This document shows, one piece after another, positions 17,963-27,164 of a stretch of DNA of 64,000 bases. The translations under genes were made by a program, and so were the position numbers. The stretch covers positions 878,847-942,846 of the forward strand of contig CBDFJU010000002.1 of assembly GCA_965248515.1 (NCBI GenBank). The letters are read 5' to 3'. This DNA is from Dehalococcoidia bacterium (GTDB lineage: Bacteria; Chloroflexota; Dehalococcoidia; SHYB01). The notes under the pieces were generated by a model. The model had not been told where the DNA came from. It saw only the letters and a list, made by a program, of their open reading frames with translations, and did no database searches. Positions within the stretch are counted from its first letter, which is position 1. Each line of letters begins with the position of its first letter.

Positions 17963-19672
17963 TCAGGAAGCCTTCACACGGATGAGATCGTACCGGGTAC
18001 CGTCATGATGCCCGAATCGATCCCACGACAATACGTTCTCCCCCAACGCGAACAGCATAGGCTTCACATAGAGGGGCACAAACAGGACATTGTCGTAGAA
18101 GTATTCCCCGAGTGAAGTCGCTACGGTGCTGAAGGCAGCATCATCCCCCGCGATGAAAGTATCGGTCACGTCGCCGAACAAAGCCGTTGACGTTTCGTCC
18201 GTCCAAGTCGTCGTCGACGCCTCTTCAGTCGACATGAGCCACTCGCGAAGAGGCTCGCCAACAAAAGTCGTCGTCGTAAACGCCCACATCATCCAGTCCG
18301 TATCACCGCTCACCCACTTGGGTTTCCAGTCACCCCAACCTACAACCTCGATCTTTGTATTTAGACCGATCGCTTCCAGCATAGTGGCCAGTGCTCTGTG
18401 CTCTTGGCCGGCCCGCTCCGCTCCTCCAATGGTTATGAGGGGCATCGTGATCTCCCGATCGAACGGGAAGCCAGCTTCATTCAGCAATCTCGTGGCTTCG
18501 GCCGGATCGTACCCGTACCTTGGCGCTTTCGTCATGCCAACGGTGGAGTAGATCGTATCGACCGTTCCGCCAAATCCCCCACCCACGGTCTCCTGCAACG
18601 CTTCCTCATCGATGGCCAGAGCAAGAGCTCGTCTCACGTTTACGTCTGTTACCCACGGCGCAGCCCCACGATTGTCCAGGGCCTGTACACCTCCAAACAC
18701 CAGACGCGCATTCCACCCTGGCTGTTGGACTATTCTCAAGCCAGCTGCCTGTGCCCTTCGGGCGTCAGCGGGTTCAACTCGATCCGCCAAGTCGGCCCGA
18801 CCAGCCTGGACCGCCGCCAGTCTGACGGCGCTTTCGGGCACATGCGAAATAACGAGGCGCTCCGATGTAGGCTGTATGCGCCAGTGGTTCGGCACTGCCT
18901 CATAACTCACACGGCCTGTCGTCATTCTTTCCAGCGTGTACGGCCCCGTGGTCCCTGGGCTCGGGTCCTCAGTCGCCCTCTCCATTCCGACAGTCTCGAC
19001 GAATTCTTGCACGGGCGGCACCAGGGTGCAGCAGTAGAGTATCCTCCACAGACTCCAACTCGGGTCGCCCGACGTGCTGACTAAGTCGAATTCGTATTTC
19101 CCAACTTTCCTTGCCTCAATACCGAATGGCTCAATGTACGATTTCCCAAGGTACTTAGGCCGATTGGGGTAGAATTCGTTGAACGCCCAAACCCCATCGT
19201 CCGCCGTGTACTCTCCCCACTGCGGGTCGTGCGGGAATATCCCCGGTGTGAGAGAGAACCTGAGAACCGTCGAATCATCGCGCCACTCCCATGATTGTGC
19301 CACCGACGGGAGAAACGCCAACGCCCCCGTCTCCCCTGTTCTAGTATCGTCAACTTCGAAAAAGTGGCTGTACAGGGGGCTCTTCGACTCTGACCTACCT
19401 GTCGCCTCACCCGCCATCAACGTGTCCATGAACCGGCTGATAACCACACGGACCTCCGGCGCATAAAACCCCGGCCGTACTGTTGGAGTAGGCACGGGCA
19501 TAGGAGTCGCCGTGGGCTGTGGGGTCGGCACAGGCGCGCCCGGCGCCGGTGTTGCCGTCGGCTGTGGCGTCGATGTGGCCCCGCCCCCTCCACACGCGGC
19601 TACGATCAAGGCTAAGACCACGGCCACCGGTACAAGCCTAACAACGAAGTAACGAACCTTTGTAGTCACCAT
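17963..19672 (-). CDS. ABC transporter substrate-binding lipoprotein, family 5 (peptide/nickel/opine type)
   Basis: Signal peptide with lipobox LIVAAC, a Pro/Thr-rich linker, then an SBP family 5 body. Strong SD AGGAGG. Confidence 0.85.
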   Translation of the reverse strand: MVTTKVRYFVVRLVPVAVVLALIVAACGGGGATSTPQPTATPAPGAPVPTPQPTATPMPVPTPTVRPGFYAPEVRVVISRFMDTLMAGEATGRSESKSPLYSHFFEVDDTRTGETGALAFLPSVAQSWEWRDDSTVLRFSLTPGIFPHDPQWGEYTADDGVWAFNEFYPNRPKYLGKSYIEPFGIEARKVGKYEFDLVSTSGDPSWSLWRILYCCTLVPPVQEFVETVGMERATEDPSPGTTGPYTLERMTTGRVSYEAVPNHWRIQPTSERLVISHVPESAVRLAAVQAGRADLADRVEPADARRAQAAGLRIVQQPGWNARLVFGGVQALDNRGAAPWVTDVNVRRALALAIDEEALQETVGGGFGGTVDTIYSTVGMTKAPRYGYDPAEATRLLNEAGFPFDREITMPLITIGGAERAGQEHRALATMLEAIGLNTKIEVVGWGDWKPKWVSGDTDWMMWAFTTTTFVGEPLREWLMSTEEASTTTWTDETSTALFGDVTDTFIAGDDAAFSTVATSLGEYFYDNVLFVPLYVKPMLFALGENVLSWDRFGHHDGTRYDLIRVKAS

Positions 19673-20142
19673 CTCCCCTCCTCCTTATCCTCCTCGGCCG
19701 GATCGTCCGGCTAGGCCTCTTCTGGCCACCAAGCCTGGAGGAGTCGCAGCGACACCAAACCCGATCTTTTCCGCCAAGACTTGGCTGAGTAGAGGTTTCG
19801 AGCACAAAATATCCGACGCCTAGGCTTCCTGTCAATAGGTCGTCGATTAAGAATCGTAATGAGAACATGGGCTGAGATCTGGCCAAGGCAGTCTCGCGAG
19901 CGCCGATTGTCCAGGACCCGCCCCCGGAGGGTGTACCAGGCAACGCAGGGTCTGCCGCGCAGACGAATGGACCAGCAACATCCGCGACGCATCCTCGGAG
20001 GCGACCGTGACCGTGAGCGAGAAGCCGCTCCGGCTCCCGATGGTCATGAAGGCCGGCCGCATAGCAGCCGAACTCGGGTTAGGCCCCGCCATACGGTCGC
20101 TACCCCTGTCGCCGGCTATGTCAAGGCGATACCAAGAGCTGG

Positions 20143-20771
20143 CTAGCGCCGAGTCCCACAAGCCCCGATGCGGGTTACAGCACACTGAACTCGGTGGGGC
20201 GGTCCCTGAACGCAAGAGGTGTGATAATCCCGAAGGTGAGGGCCAGGGCCACAGCCGACCGCTCCTACCTTCTGACGCGCCTGGTTCAGGTGGCTCTGTA
20301 TCGTGCGGGGACTGAGGCCCAGACGCGCCGCTATGGTGATATCGCTGCCCCTCTCGGCGGTGCCTTGAAGCACCAACTTCTCCCGGTTTGTCAGCGTGGG
20401 CACCTTTGTGTGGTTTCGCAATGAGACGGCGGCGGAGAGCACGGTGGGGACGTAGCGGCGCTGGACTACGGCGAAGTCCGCCTTGAGTGCCCGTAGGGCT
20501 ACCGGCAGGTCTGTCCCCTGCAGGTCTGTCCCCTGCAGGTCAGATGCGATAAAGGCCACGGGGGCATGGGCGAACAGGCACTCCAGGGCCGGACCTGGTC
20601 ATCGGAGTCGACCAGGAAAGCGAATGCCAGGTCCGGCTGGCTCCTCCGTAGCTCCAGCAGGTGCAGGGGGTCGTCCATGTCCTGGAGCGGTAGGGCTAGG
20701 ACCACTACGTCCGGCAAGTACTGCTCGACCGCGACCTTCTGCCGGGCATAGTCACGGACGCCTTCGGCCAA
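20143..20771 (-). pseudogene. NarL/FixJ-type response regulator remnant (REC and LuxR HTH in different frames, 5' truncated)
   Basis: REC-like segment is ORF 20499..20771 and LuxR HTH (LTNREKLVLQGTAERGSDITIAARLGLSPRTIQSHL) is ORF 20143..20559. A TAG sits immediately 5' of the REC segment, and tandem repeats lie at the frame junction. Confidence 0.5.
20506..20543. repeat. Tandem 15-bp repeat CAGGTCTGTCCCCTG x2.5
   Basis: Seen directly, inside the decayed response-regulator gene at the frame break. Confidence 0.8.
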
Positions 20772-20843
20772 GGCTATGCCCTCCTGGTCCCGAAGGAAGT
20801 CACGCCATGGACCTCAAAAGACTGGACCTATAGGGGGACGACC

Positions 20844-21905
20844 ATGCCAGACAGGGCACATACCGTTTTCAAGACCTTCCATAGAACGCCTCTAGGTCAG
20901 ATTGTTCACGGCGATAGTCTGGACGTCCTTGCCACGTACGACGACGATTCCGTGAATCTGATCATGACCAGCCCGCCATTTGGATTGGTCCGAAAGAAGG
21001 ACTACGGGAATGTTGAGGCCAACGAATATGTCGATTGGTTCAAACCTTTCGGCGCCGAGTTTCATCGTGTCCTGACTGATAACGGTAGTCTGGTCATTGA
21101 CATCGGGGGCGCATGGAACAGGGGCTACCCCACCCGCAACCTTTACCACTTCAAGTTGCTAATTATGCTTTGTGAGGAGATCGGCTTCCACCTTGCGCAG
21201 GACTTCTACTGGTGGAACCCTTCGAAGCTTCCAACACCTGCCGAGTGGGTTACAGTGCGACGCCTCCGGGTCAAGGATGCCATCAACACCGTTTGGTGGT
21301 TGTCTAAGACGCCCTGGCCTAAGGCAAGCAACCGGCGCGTCCTCCAACCTTACAGCGCGAGCATGGAGGAGCTGCTCGAAAGAGGGTACAAAGCCAAGAA
21401 GCGACCCTCTGGCCATGACATCAGTGAAAAGTTCAGCATCGACAATGGCGCGGCTATACCGCCGAACCTCGTTGCGATTCCCAACACCGAGAGCAATAGC
21501 TTCTATCTCCGCTACTGCGAGGAGCGGGGACTCAGACCGCATCCTGCCCGGTTCCCGGCGGAACTTCCTGAATACTTCGTCCGCATGCTGACAGAGCCGG
21601 GGGATTTTGTGGTTGATCCCTTTGGTGGCAGCTGCGTGACGGGTGAGGTTTGCGAGCGCACGAATCGCCGCTGGACATGCATAGAGCTACTTGACGAATA
21701 CTGTGAAGCTGCCCTCGGCCGCTTCATTCGCGACCCGGGAGAGGTCGCCAAGCCCGTTGCCAATCCCAAGGACCCCTCCAACTACTACCGCGTGCCCCGA
21801 CCTGGCATCCTGTGGAATGGGTATCACAACGACACTCTGCCCAGGGACGGTGGTAAGAAGCGCCGCCTGAAGGTCGACACGCAGCGTGGTTCGCCGGGTC
21901 AATAG
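20844..21905 (+). CDS. DNA methyltransferase, beta-class (N4-cytosine or N6-adenine; SPPF motif suggests m4C)
   Basis: TSPPFG (motif IV) precedes DPFGGSCVTG (motif I), the order of the N4/N6 methylase family. GC content is lower than the flanks. Confidence 0.8.
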   Translation: MPDRAHTVFKTFHRTPLGQIVHGDSLDVLATYDDDSVNLIMTSPPFGLVRKKDYGNVEANEYVDWFKPFGAEFHRVLTDNGSLVIDIGGAWNRGYPTRNLYHFKLLIMLCEEIGFHLAQDFYWWNPSKLPTPAEWVTVRRLRVKDAINTVWWLSKTPWPKASNRRVLQPYSASMEELLERGYKAKKRPSGHDISEKFSIDNGAAIPPNLVAIPNTESNSFYLRYCEERGLRPHPARFPAELPEYFVRMLTEPGDFVVDPFGGSCVTGEVCERTNRRWTCIELLDEYCEAALGRFIRDPGEVAKPVANPKDPSNYYRVPRPGILWNGYHNDTLPRDGGKKRRLKVDTQRGSPGQ

Positions 21906-22083
21906 GAACTCTGCCGCGGCATCTGTCCACAGGAAGAGACCGCGAAGCGCTCGGCTTTCCAAGCCGCCTGCCTCTCGAAAACAGGCATGGAGTCCGAATT
22001 TCGGCTGTTCAACATCAGCAAGCATTCTTGGACGCCCTTTAGATGGAATGAGAATGGACCTAGCGTTATTCGAGGAGGTGGCA

Positions 22084-22620
22084 ATGCATGGCATCGGATA
22101 CAGGGACTACTGGCCTAAGGAGTGGCCTGATTGGCCAGAGGACCCCAAGGGTAGGAAGGCGGTAGAGGGCTTGTATGAGATTGGCTTGTTTATTCTCAAT
22201 GCCCCGGCTTCCCTTCGGAAGTCCCGTCTGAAACAGGCAGACGACAAAGCCCAAGACTGCTTGTCTCAGATGACAGAGGAAGAACAAAAACAGGCTAGAG
22301 TCTTGGTTGCTCTCTGGGAACGGAACGCGCTGATACAACAGCATATCCGTTATGAGGAAGAGAAGAAGGGCCTGGATGCGGTCGAACACTTGTGGGCCGA
22401 ATGGGACTCTGCTGGGATGCAGATGCATAAGGCGGAAGAAGATGCGTCGCAACTAGGCCTTGAAGGCAACGAATACTTCAGAAGCCGTGTGGAACGCTTC
22501 TATATCTTGCAGGAGGAGAAGGACGAAGTCGGGCGATACCATAACTTCCCAGATCACAGCGAATTGCGAGAACAATGGTACTCGCGAAAGCCGATCACGG
22601 CTCCGCTACCTTGGGCTTGA
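22084..22620 (+). CDS. Hypothetical protein (179 aa) in the low-GC methyltransferase islet
   Basis: ATG 22084 is preceded by GAGGAGG (5 nt spacer); acidic and charged composition; no motif I recognise. Confidence 0.5.
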   Translation: MHGIGYRDYWPKEWPDWPEDPKGRKAVEGLYEIGLFILNAPASLRKSRLKQADDKAQDCLSQMTEEEQKQARVLVALWERNALIQQHIRYEEEKKGLDAVEHLWAEWDSAGMQMHKAEEDASQLGLEGNEYFRSRVERFYILQEEKDEVGRYHNFPDHSELREQWYSRKPITAPLPWA

Positions 22621-22788
22621 GACCGAATGCTCGCGCTTTGCAAGCGATTCGAGGTCAGCAGGCATAGGGCCAAGAGGCCACCGGCTGGTCGCAAGCTCGC
22701 AAAAGCCGGCATCGTCCTCACCGTTGCGTTTGGAGTAGCTGGGATCACTGTGGCTGTTATTTTGGACAGATTCTAGCCACTTGAGGGG

Positions 22789-23664
22789 ATGAGGGCGCTT
22801 GACCATTGTGAATTGATGGAATCACCTGCCGTACCCTACATAGCTGTCTACAGCGCGGCCATCGAGCCTCCTAATAACCCCTTTACGGTTCAAGAGGCTG
22901 ATCTCTGCTTGACCTTTACGGCTGGTCCCTTGGCCTTCGCCTATTCAGTGCCGTTGAAGTCCTTTGGACCAGGAAGCGTCGCCGTGATCCTCGGCGAGCG
23001 TCAGTTTAGTCTGCCAAGAGGGTCCTATATCGTGATCGAGATGTTGGCGAACGTCAGCAAGGAATCTGAGCGGGAACGTTTGGCACTCAGAGTGGCCGAT
23101 GTCGCCAGTCTGCTGGCACTGCGTCACTCACATGTCCTCGACGAGAAACTCTTCGAAGGCGTTGTAAACGCCGCAGACAAGGCTTTGATGTGGCGTGAGG
23201 GGCCTATGACCTTCACGGCAGCACCCGCCGTGTCACCCGAGGAAGTGGCTGACGGCTTTGCAAGCGACTTCGCTTCCATTCAACAACTGGATGCGGAGAG
23301 GCATCGACGTCTCCAATTGGCCTCTAGGTGGTTCCGCCGAGGACACGAAGCGATAAACCAAGTGGACAAATTCCTGTTCTGGTGGACAGTACTGGAAATC
23401 TATCCTGGAAAGGGAGAGAGCAACATAGTCAGAAACGTCACACAGGTGCTAAGGAATGGAGTGTGTCCTGAATTGGAACCTCAAATCTTGCAAGAGAAGC
23501 TTAGGATTGGTCGCATATACGGCGAACGCAAGAGAATAGTCCACGATGGGAGAGCGTTTGTCGCCTTCGACGATGAGTACTTTCAAGGCTGCCTGGAGAG
23601 GCTACGTGCTATCGCGACGGTAAGTCTACGTCTGTTGGGTGGTCTCCCGGTCGGCACGACCTAA
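22789..23664 (+). CDS. Hypothetical protein (291 aa) in the methyltransferase islet; possible restriction/defence partner
   Basis: Clean ORF with low local GC; alternative start 22816. No confident domain assignment. Confidence 0.5.
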   Translation: MRALDHCELMESPAVPYIAVYSAAIEPPNNPFTVQEADLCLTFTAGPLAFAYSVPLKSFGPGSVAVILGERQFSLPRGSYIVIEMLANVSKESERERLALRVADVASLLALRHSHVLDEKLFEGVVNAADKALMWREGPMTFTAAPAVSPEEVADGFASDFASIQQLDAERHRRLQLASRWFRRGHEAINQVDKFLFWWTVLEIYPGKGESNIVRNVTQVLRNGVCPELEPQILQEKLRIGRIYGERKRIVHDGRAFVAFDDEYFQGCLERLRAIATVSLRLLGGLPVGTT

Positions 23665-23778
23665 AGCAGTATGTTGAAGGGGACGTAGATCGAAACTAGA
23701 CGGTTCATGTGACGAGACCAACACCGATGCTGACATGGACGACTGCCCATCAGGACTCTCTTTTGCTACTCTCGACAC

Positions 23779-24234
23779 ATGGCTCTCTCCGACCGACAAC
23801 TACTCGACTCCCTCAGCCGAATGCCGTTCAGCGACTCGGCAGAGCTAGCAGGCATCCTGGGCGAGCCTCACGCGACAGTCCACCGCGCTTTGACCGGCCT
23901 GTTGGCCGACGGCAACGCGGGGCGGGTCAGCCACGGCACCGCCCACCTGCCTTCGAGCCAAAGGTACTACCTGACGACCAAGGGCATCAGACAGGCCACA
24001 GGCCTCCTCGACTTTGAGACGCCCTCGGACTTCGTGCGAGCCTACCCGCTGTCCGGGGAGTGGCTGGCGCTGCTCATCCGCCGGATGGACGCGGTGGCCG
24101 CCGTCTACCGACTCGCCGCCTTGATGTCTCCCGGGACCCGCTCCCGCCGGTCGCACGTGGTGTTAGCAGAGTTTATGCCCATCGAGGCATATAGGAACGG
24201 CGTGGGCCGACGGACACCACGACGAAGTCCCTGA
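23779..24234 (+). CDS. Hypothetical protein with a probable winged-helix DNA-binding N-terminus
   Basis: AELAGILGEPHATVHRALTGLLADG is HTH-like; weak SD. Confidence 0.35.
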   Translation: MALSDRQLLDSLSRMPFSDSAELAGILGEPHATVHRALTGLLADGNAGRVSHGTAHLPSSQRYYLTTKGIRQATGLLDFETPSDFVRAYPLSGEWLALLIRRMDAVAAVYRLAALMSPGTRSRRSHVVLAEFMPIEAYRNGVGRRTPRRSP

Positions 24235-24408
24235 GAGCGAGCAGTCGCTCTTTTGCTGGGCCGAGTTCATGGCGGAGGAATCGCCAGAGAAGCCATCCAG
24301 AAGGAACGGCAAGCCGAAGCCTGAGACCCTACGGTGTTCCAGCGGGCGCTTGCGCTGGAGCAGGCACAGGAAGGGGAAGCGGGGCACAGTAAGCTGACTC
24401 GCAAGTAT

Positions 24409-24446
24409 GAGGGGCAGCCATCGCCTAAGAACGATGGCTGCCCCTC
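24409..24446. terminator. 15-bp perfect inverted repeat hairpin (GAGGGGCAGCCATCG / CGATGGCTGCCCCTC), possible terminator
   Basis: Seen directly; a T-run lies about 20 nt downstream, so intrinsic-terminator status is uncertain. Confidence 0.35.
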
Positions 24447-24722
24447 GGTATCCATATGTGAGGGCCTTTTTTGTTGCCCGCAGAAGTCACCCATTCGAGA
24501 CCCGCGACTTGGCTCCATCGATCCTGGCTAGAGCTCGTCGCAGTTTCGGAAGCTTGAAAGCTCGGCCAATATTCCAGGGAACGATTCGGGCGGCGGAGGC
24601 GTATATATATGAGATTGCCGACAGACTCGAACAGAAGTGGCTCCGGAAATCTGAACAGGGGGATAAGTGGAATCGCTGCCTGATTGAGGGCATGATAGTG
24701 CTCTCGGAGACAGGAGCGAGAG

Positions 24723-25028
24723 ATGAGCAGACGACCCCGCCGTAACCACTCGGCAGAGTTCAAGGCGAAGGTGGCTCTTGCCGCAGTACGCGGCGACCGG
24801 ACACTTTCGGAGCTGGCAAGCCAGTTCGATGTGCACCCGAACCAGATCACGCAATGGAAGACCCAGTTGCTGGATCGGGCGGCGCAGTTATTTGGCGCCG
24901 GGACAGGGCAGGCTGAAAAGCTGGTAGATATGAAGGTCCTTCACGCTAAGATCGGTGAGCTTGCGTTGGAGAACGATTTTTTAGAGGCCGCGCTCACGAA
25001 GGCGGGATTGCCGGGCGCAAGGCGATGA
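24723..25028 (+). CDS. IS3-family transposase OrfA (copy 2)
   Basis: Protein differs from copy 1 OrfA at one residue; frameshift heptamer TTTTTTA at 24977-24983. Confidence 0.85.
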   Translation: MSRRPRRNHSAEFKAKVALAAVRGDRTLSELASQFDVHPNQITQWKTQLLDRAAQLFGAGTGQAEKLVDMKVLHAKIGELALENDFLEAALTKAGLPGARR

Positions 25029-25535
25029 TCGACCGCGATCACAAGCTGCCTCTCGCCCGCCAGGCAAAGGCAGTGGGCATCAGCCGCGGGAGCATCTACT
25101 ACCGGCCACGGCCGGTGGGCGAAGCCGGTCTCGGGCTGATGCGCCGCATCGATGAGCTGCACCTTGAGTATCCGTTTGCAGGCAGTAGGATGATGCGAGG
25201 CCTGCTCCGCCAGGAGGGACTCTCCTCCGGGCGTAGACACATCGCCACACTGATGCGGCGGATGGGCATCGAGGCGCTGTACCGCAAGCCCAACACCAGC
25301 CGGCGACGGCCCGGCCATACGGTGTATCCGTACCTGCTGCGCGGGCTTGAGGTGAGCAGGCCCAACCAGGTGTGGGCAATGGATATCACGTACATTCCGA
25401 TGGCCAGGGGGTTCGTGTACCTAGCCGCAGTGATGGACTGGCATAGCCGCAAGGTGCTGGCCTGGCGGGTATCGGTCACAATGGACACAGACTTCTGCGT
25501 GGAGGCGCTCGAAGAATCCCTGGGACGCCACGGCG
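25025..25535 (+). pseudogene. IS3-family OrfB, 3' truncated by insertion of or rearrangement at the IS481-like element
   Basis: Matches copy 1 OrfB through ...EESLGRHG, then reads into foreign sequence. Confidence 0.7.
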
Positions 25536-27164
25536 TGTCGATGTCCAGCGATTATGTCCGCCTAAGTGGTCAGGGAAAATGTCCATCTAGGCCGCTGTCA
25601 TACCATCGGACTGTGATACGCGGGACCTGCCCCTGGTGCGCATCATGGGCGGGCTCTTGGCTTCGGCGTACTTGCGGACCATGTTCCTGTGGATGCCCAA
25701 CTCCCTGGCGATTGCCCGAATGGCGAGGCCCCGAAGCTTAGCCTGCTGCACGGCCTTCCACCGGACCCTCTGTCGCGGCGTGGGTTTCCTGCGTGGCGAT
25801 GCCGGAGGCTTGCAAACTCTGCCGCCGCCGTTCAATGTGGCGCTGTCGGCCTCGATGGCGTCGAGGGATGCCAAGCTCTCCTTGGAGTGGCTGCCCACGC
25901 CGTTGACCCTACGCTCAAGGCCGGGGCCATATCGGAGAGGACCATTGGAGGCACGGAGAACTCCAGGGCGCGGCGGCGCCTCCTGTGTGGGGATCGTGCG
26001 TCCCCGGTACTGCACGAGGAGCTGACCGTCCAGGCCCTCATGGACCTCCAGCTGCGCTCCGGCGTAGCTAGGCCGCTCCTTACCAGGCAGCAGCTGCAAG
26101 GTACGCCAGTTGTACTTGACGGTGTTGTCCCTGGCCACCTTGCGGCGGTGCTTGAAGCAGAGTATCTGGTCCAGGGACACCGATGACTCCATAGAGCGGT
26201 AAGCAACGCTTGAGTGCTCTGCCGGAACCCCGAACTTCTCGTTGAAGCGCGGCAGGAAGCGGTGCAGGACTTCATTGGCCTCGTCGATGGTGGTGACGCC
26301 CGCCAAGCGCAGCTCGGTCACCAGCCGGTCCTGGAATGTCCCCGCCGTCCGCTCGACCCGGCCCTTCGCCTGCGGTGACCTGGCGAATATCTGGCGTATC
26401 CCCAGCTCCTCCATGGCGCGGGCGAACTGGGTTGGCCCGGCCGGCTTCTGGCGAGGCTCTCCAGTATGCTTGAAGACCGCGTGTCGGTCGCTGTAGACGG
26501 CCAGCGGTATCCCGCATTGCCGGATCAACCCCTCCATGAGAAGGAAGTAGCCGCGGGTGTCCTCCTCCTGGCTGAACAGAGCGTCAGGCACAGTGCCGGT
26601 GGCGTCGTCCACGGCCAACAGCAGGACGAACCGGGGTCCTTGTTCCCCCAGCCACCGATGGTGGCTCCCATCTATCTGCAGCAGCATCCCTTCTTGGGCC
26701 ATGCGTTTGCGCCGGACACGGTGTCTGGGCGGCCGGCGGCGGCGGGGGCTGTCCACGCCGGCGCTGACCAGGATGCGGCGCACCGTAGAGCGGCTCAGGT
26801 CGATCCCCTCCCGTTCCATCAACAACTCGGTCAGATGCGTATGGTTCGTTCCAGCGTAGCGAGTGCGGGCCAGCTGCACCACGTAAGTCATCTTGGTCTC
26901 CGTCGTGGTGTTGGCCGGTCGGCGGCCACGATTCCCGTGGGCGAGTGCGGCGGCGCCCTCCTTCCTCTAGGCCGCCAGAATACGCCTCATGTGGCGTTCG
27001 CTCACTCCCAGGACCTCGGCCGCCTGACATACCGGCACCTGATCTGCCAGAACGCTGTTGAGCACCTGAAGTCTCGTCTGCTCCTTCTGCGTCAATGTCA
27101 CTCCTTCCATGGGATGACATTTTCGCTGACCAGTTAGCTACTGACATAATCGTAGAACAACGAC
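25536..27164 (-). mobile_element. IS481-like/ISNCY-like DDE element (~1.63 kb) with 23-bp imperfect terminal inverted repeats
   Basis: Left IR TGTCGATGTCCAGCGATTATGTC at 25536; right IR reverse complement TGTCGTTGTTCTACGATTATGTC ending at 27164. The two flanks differ and no target duplication is seen. Confidence 0.6.
25587..27109 (-). pseudogene. DDE transposase (HTH + rve core) interrupted by an in-frame TAG at plus 26966-26968
   Basis: Reads MEGVTLTQKEQTRLQVLNSVLADQVPVCQAAEVLGVSERHMRRILAA-TAG-RKEGAAALAHGNRGRRPANTT...; homologues as I recall have Tyr at the stop position. The downstream part is track ORF 25587..26891. Confidence 0.6.

Larger units (their letters stand above)
24633..25535 (+). 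mobile_element. IS3-family element, copy 2, inverted relative to copy 1 and truncated after 903 bp
   Basis: Near-identical to the reverse complement of 11753-13037 from its IR end (AGAAGTGGCTCC...) up to CACGGCG at 25535, where an IS481-like inverted repeat begins. Confidence 0.8.

Noticed and set aside
20506-20543. Short tandem repeats (15-bp at 20506; 33-bp period at 47448) as possible CRISPR or VNTR loci
   Set aside because: Only 2-2.5 copies, no spacer-like unique inserts, and both lie inside coding or decayed coding sequence with no cas genes nearby; not CRISPR.
21886-22083. Upstream extension of the 179-aa islet gene to 21886
   Set aside because: It overlaps the methyltransferase 3' end and is R/S/A-rich junk. 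ATG 22084 has a perfect GAGGAGG SD.
24409-24446. 15-bp perfect hairpin as an intrinsic terminator
   Set aside because: Kept only as a low-confidence feature: the nearest T-run is about 20 nt away rather than adjacent, so it may simply be a palindromic site.
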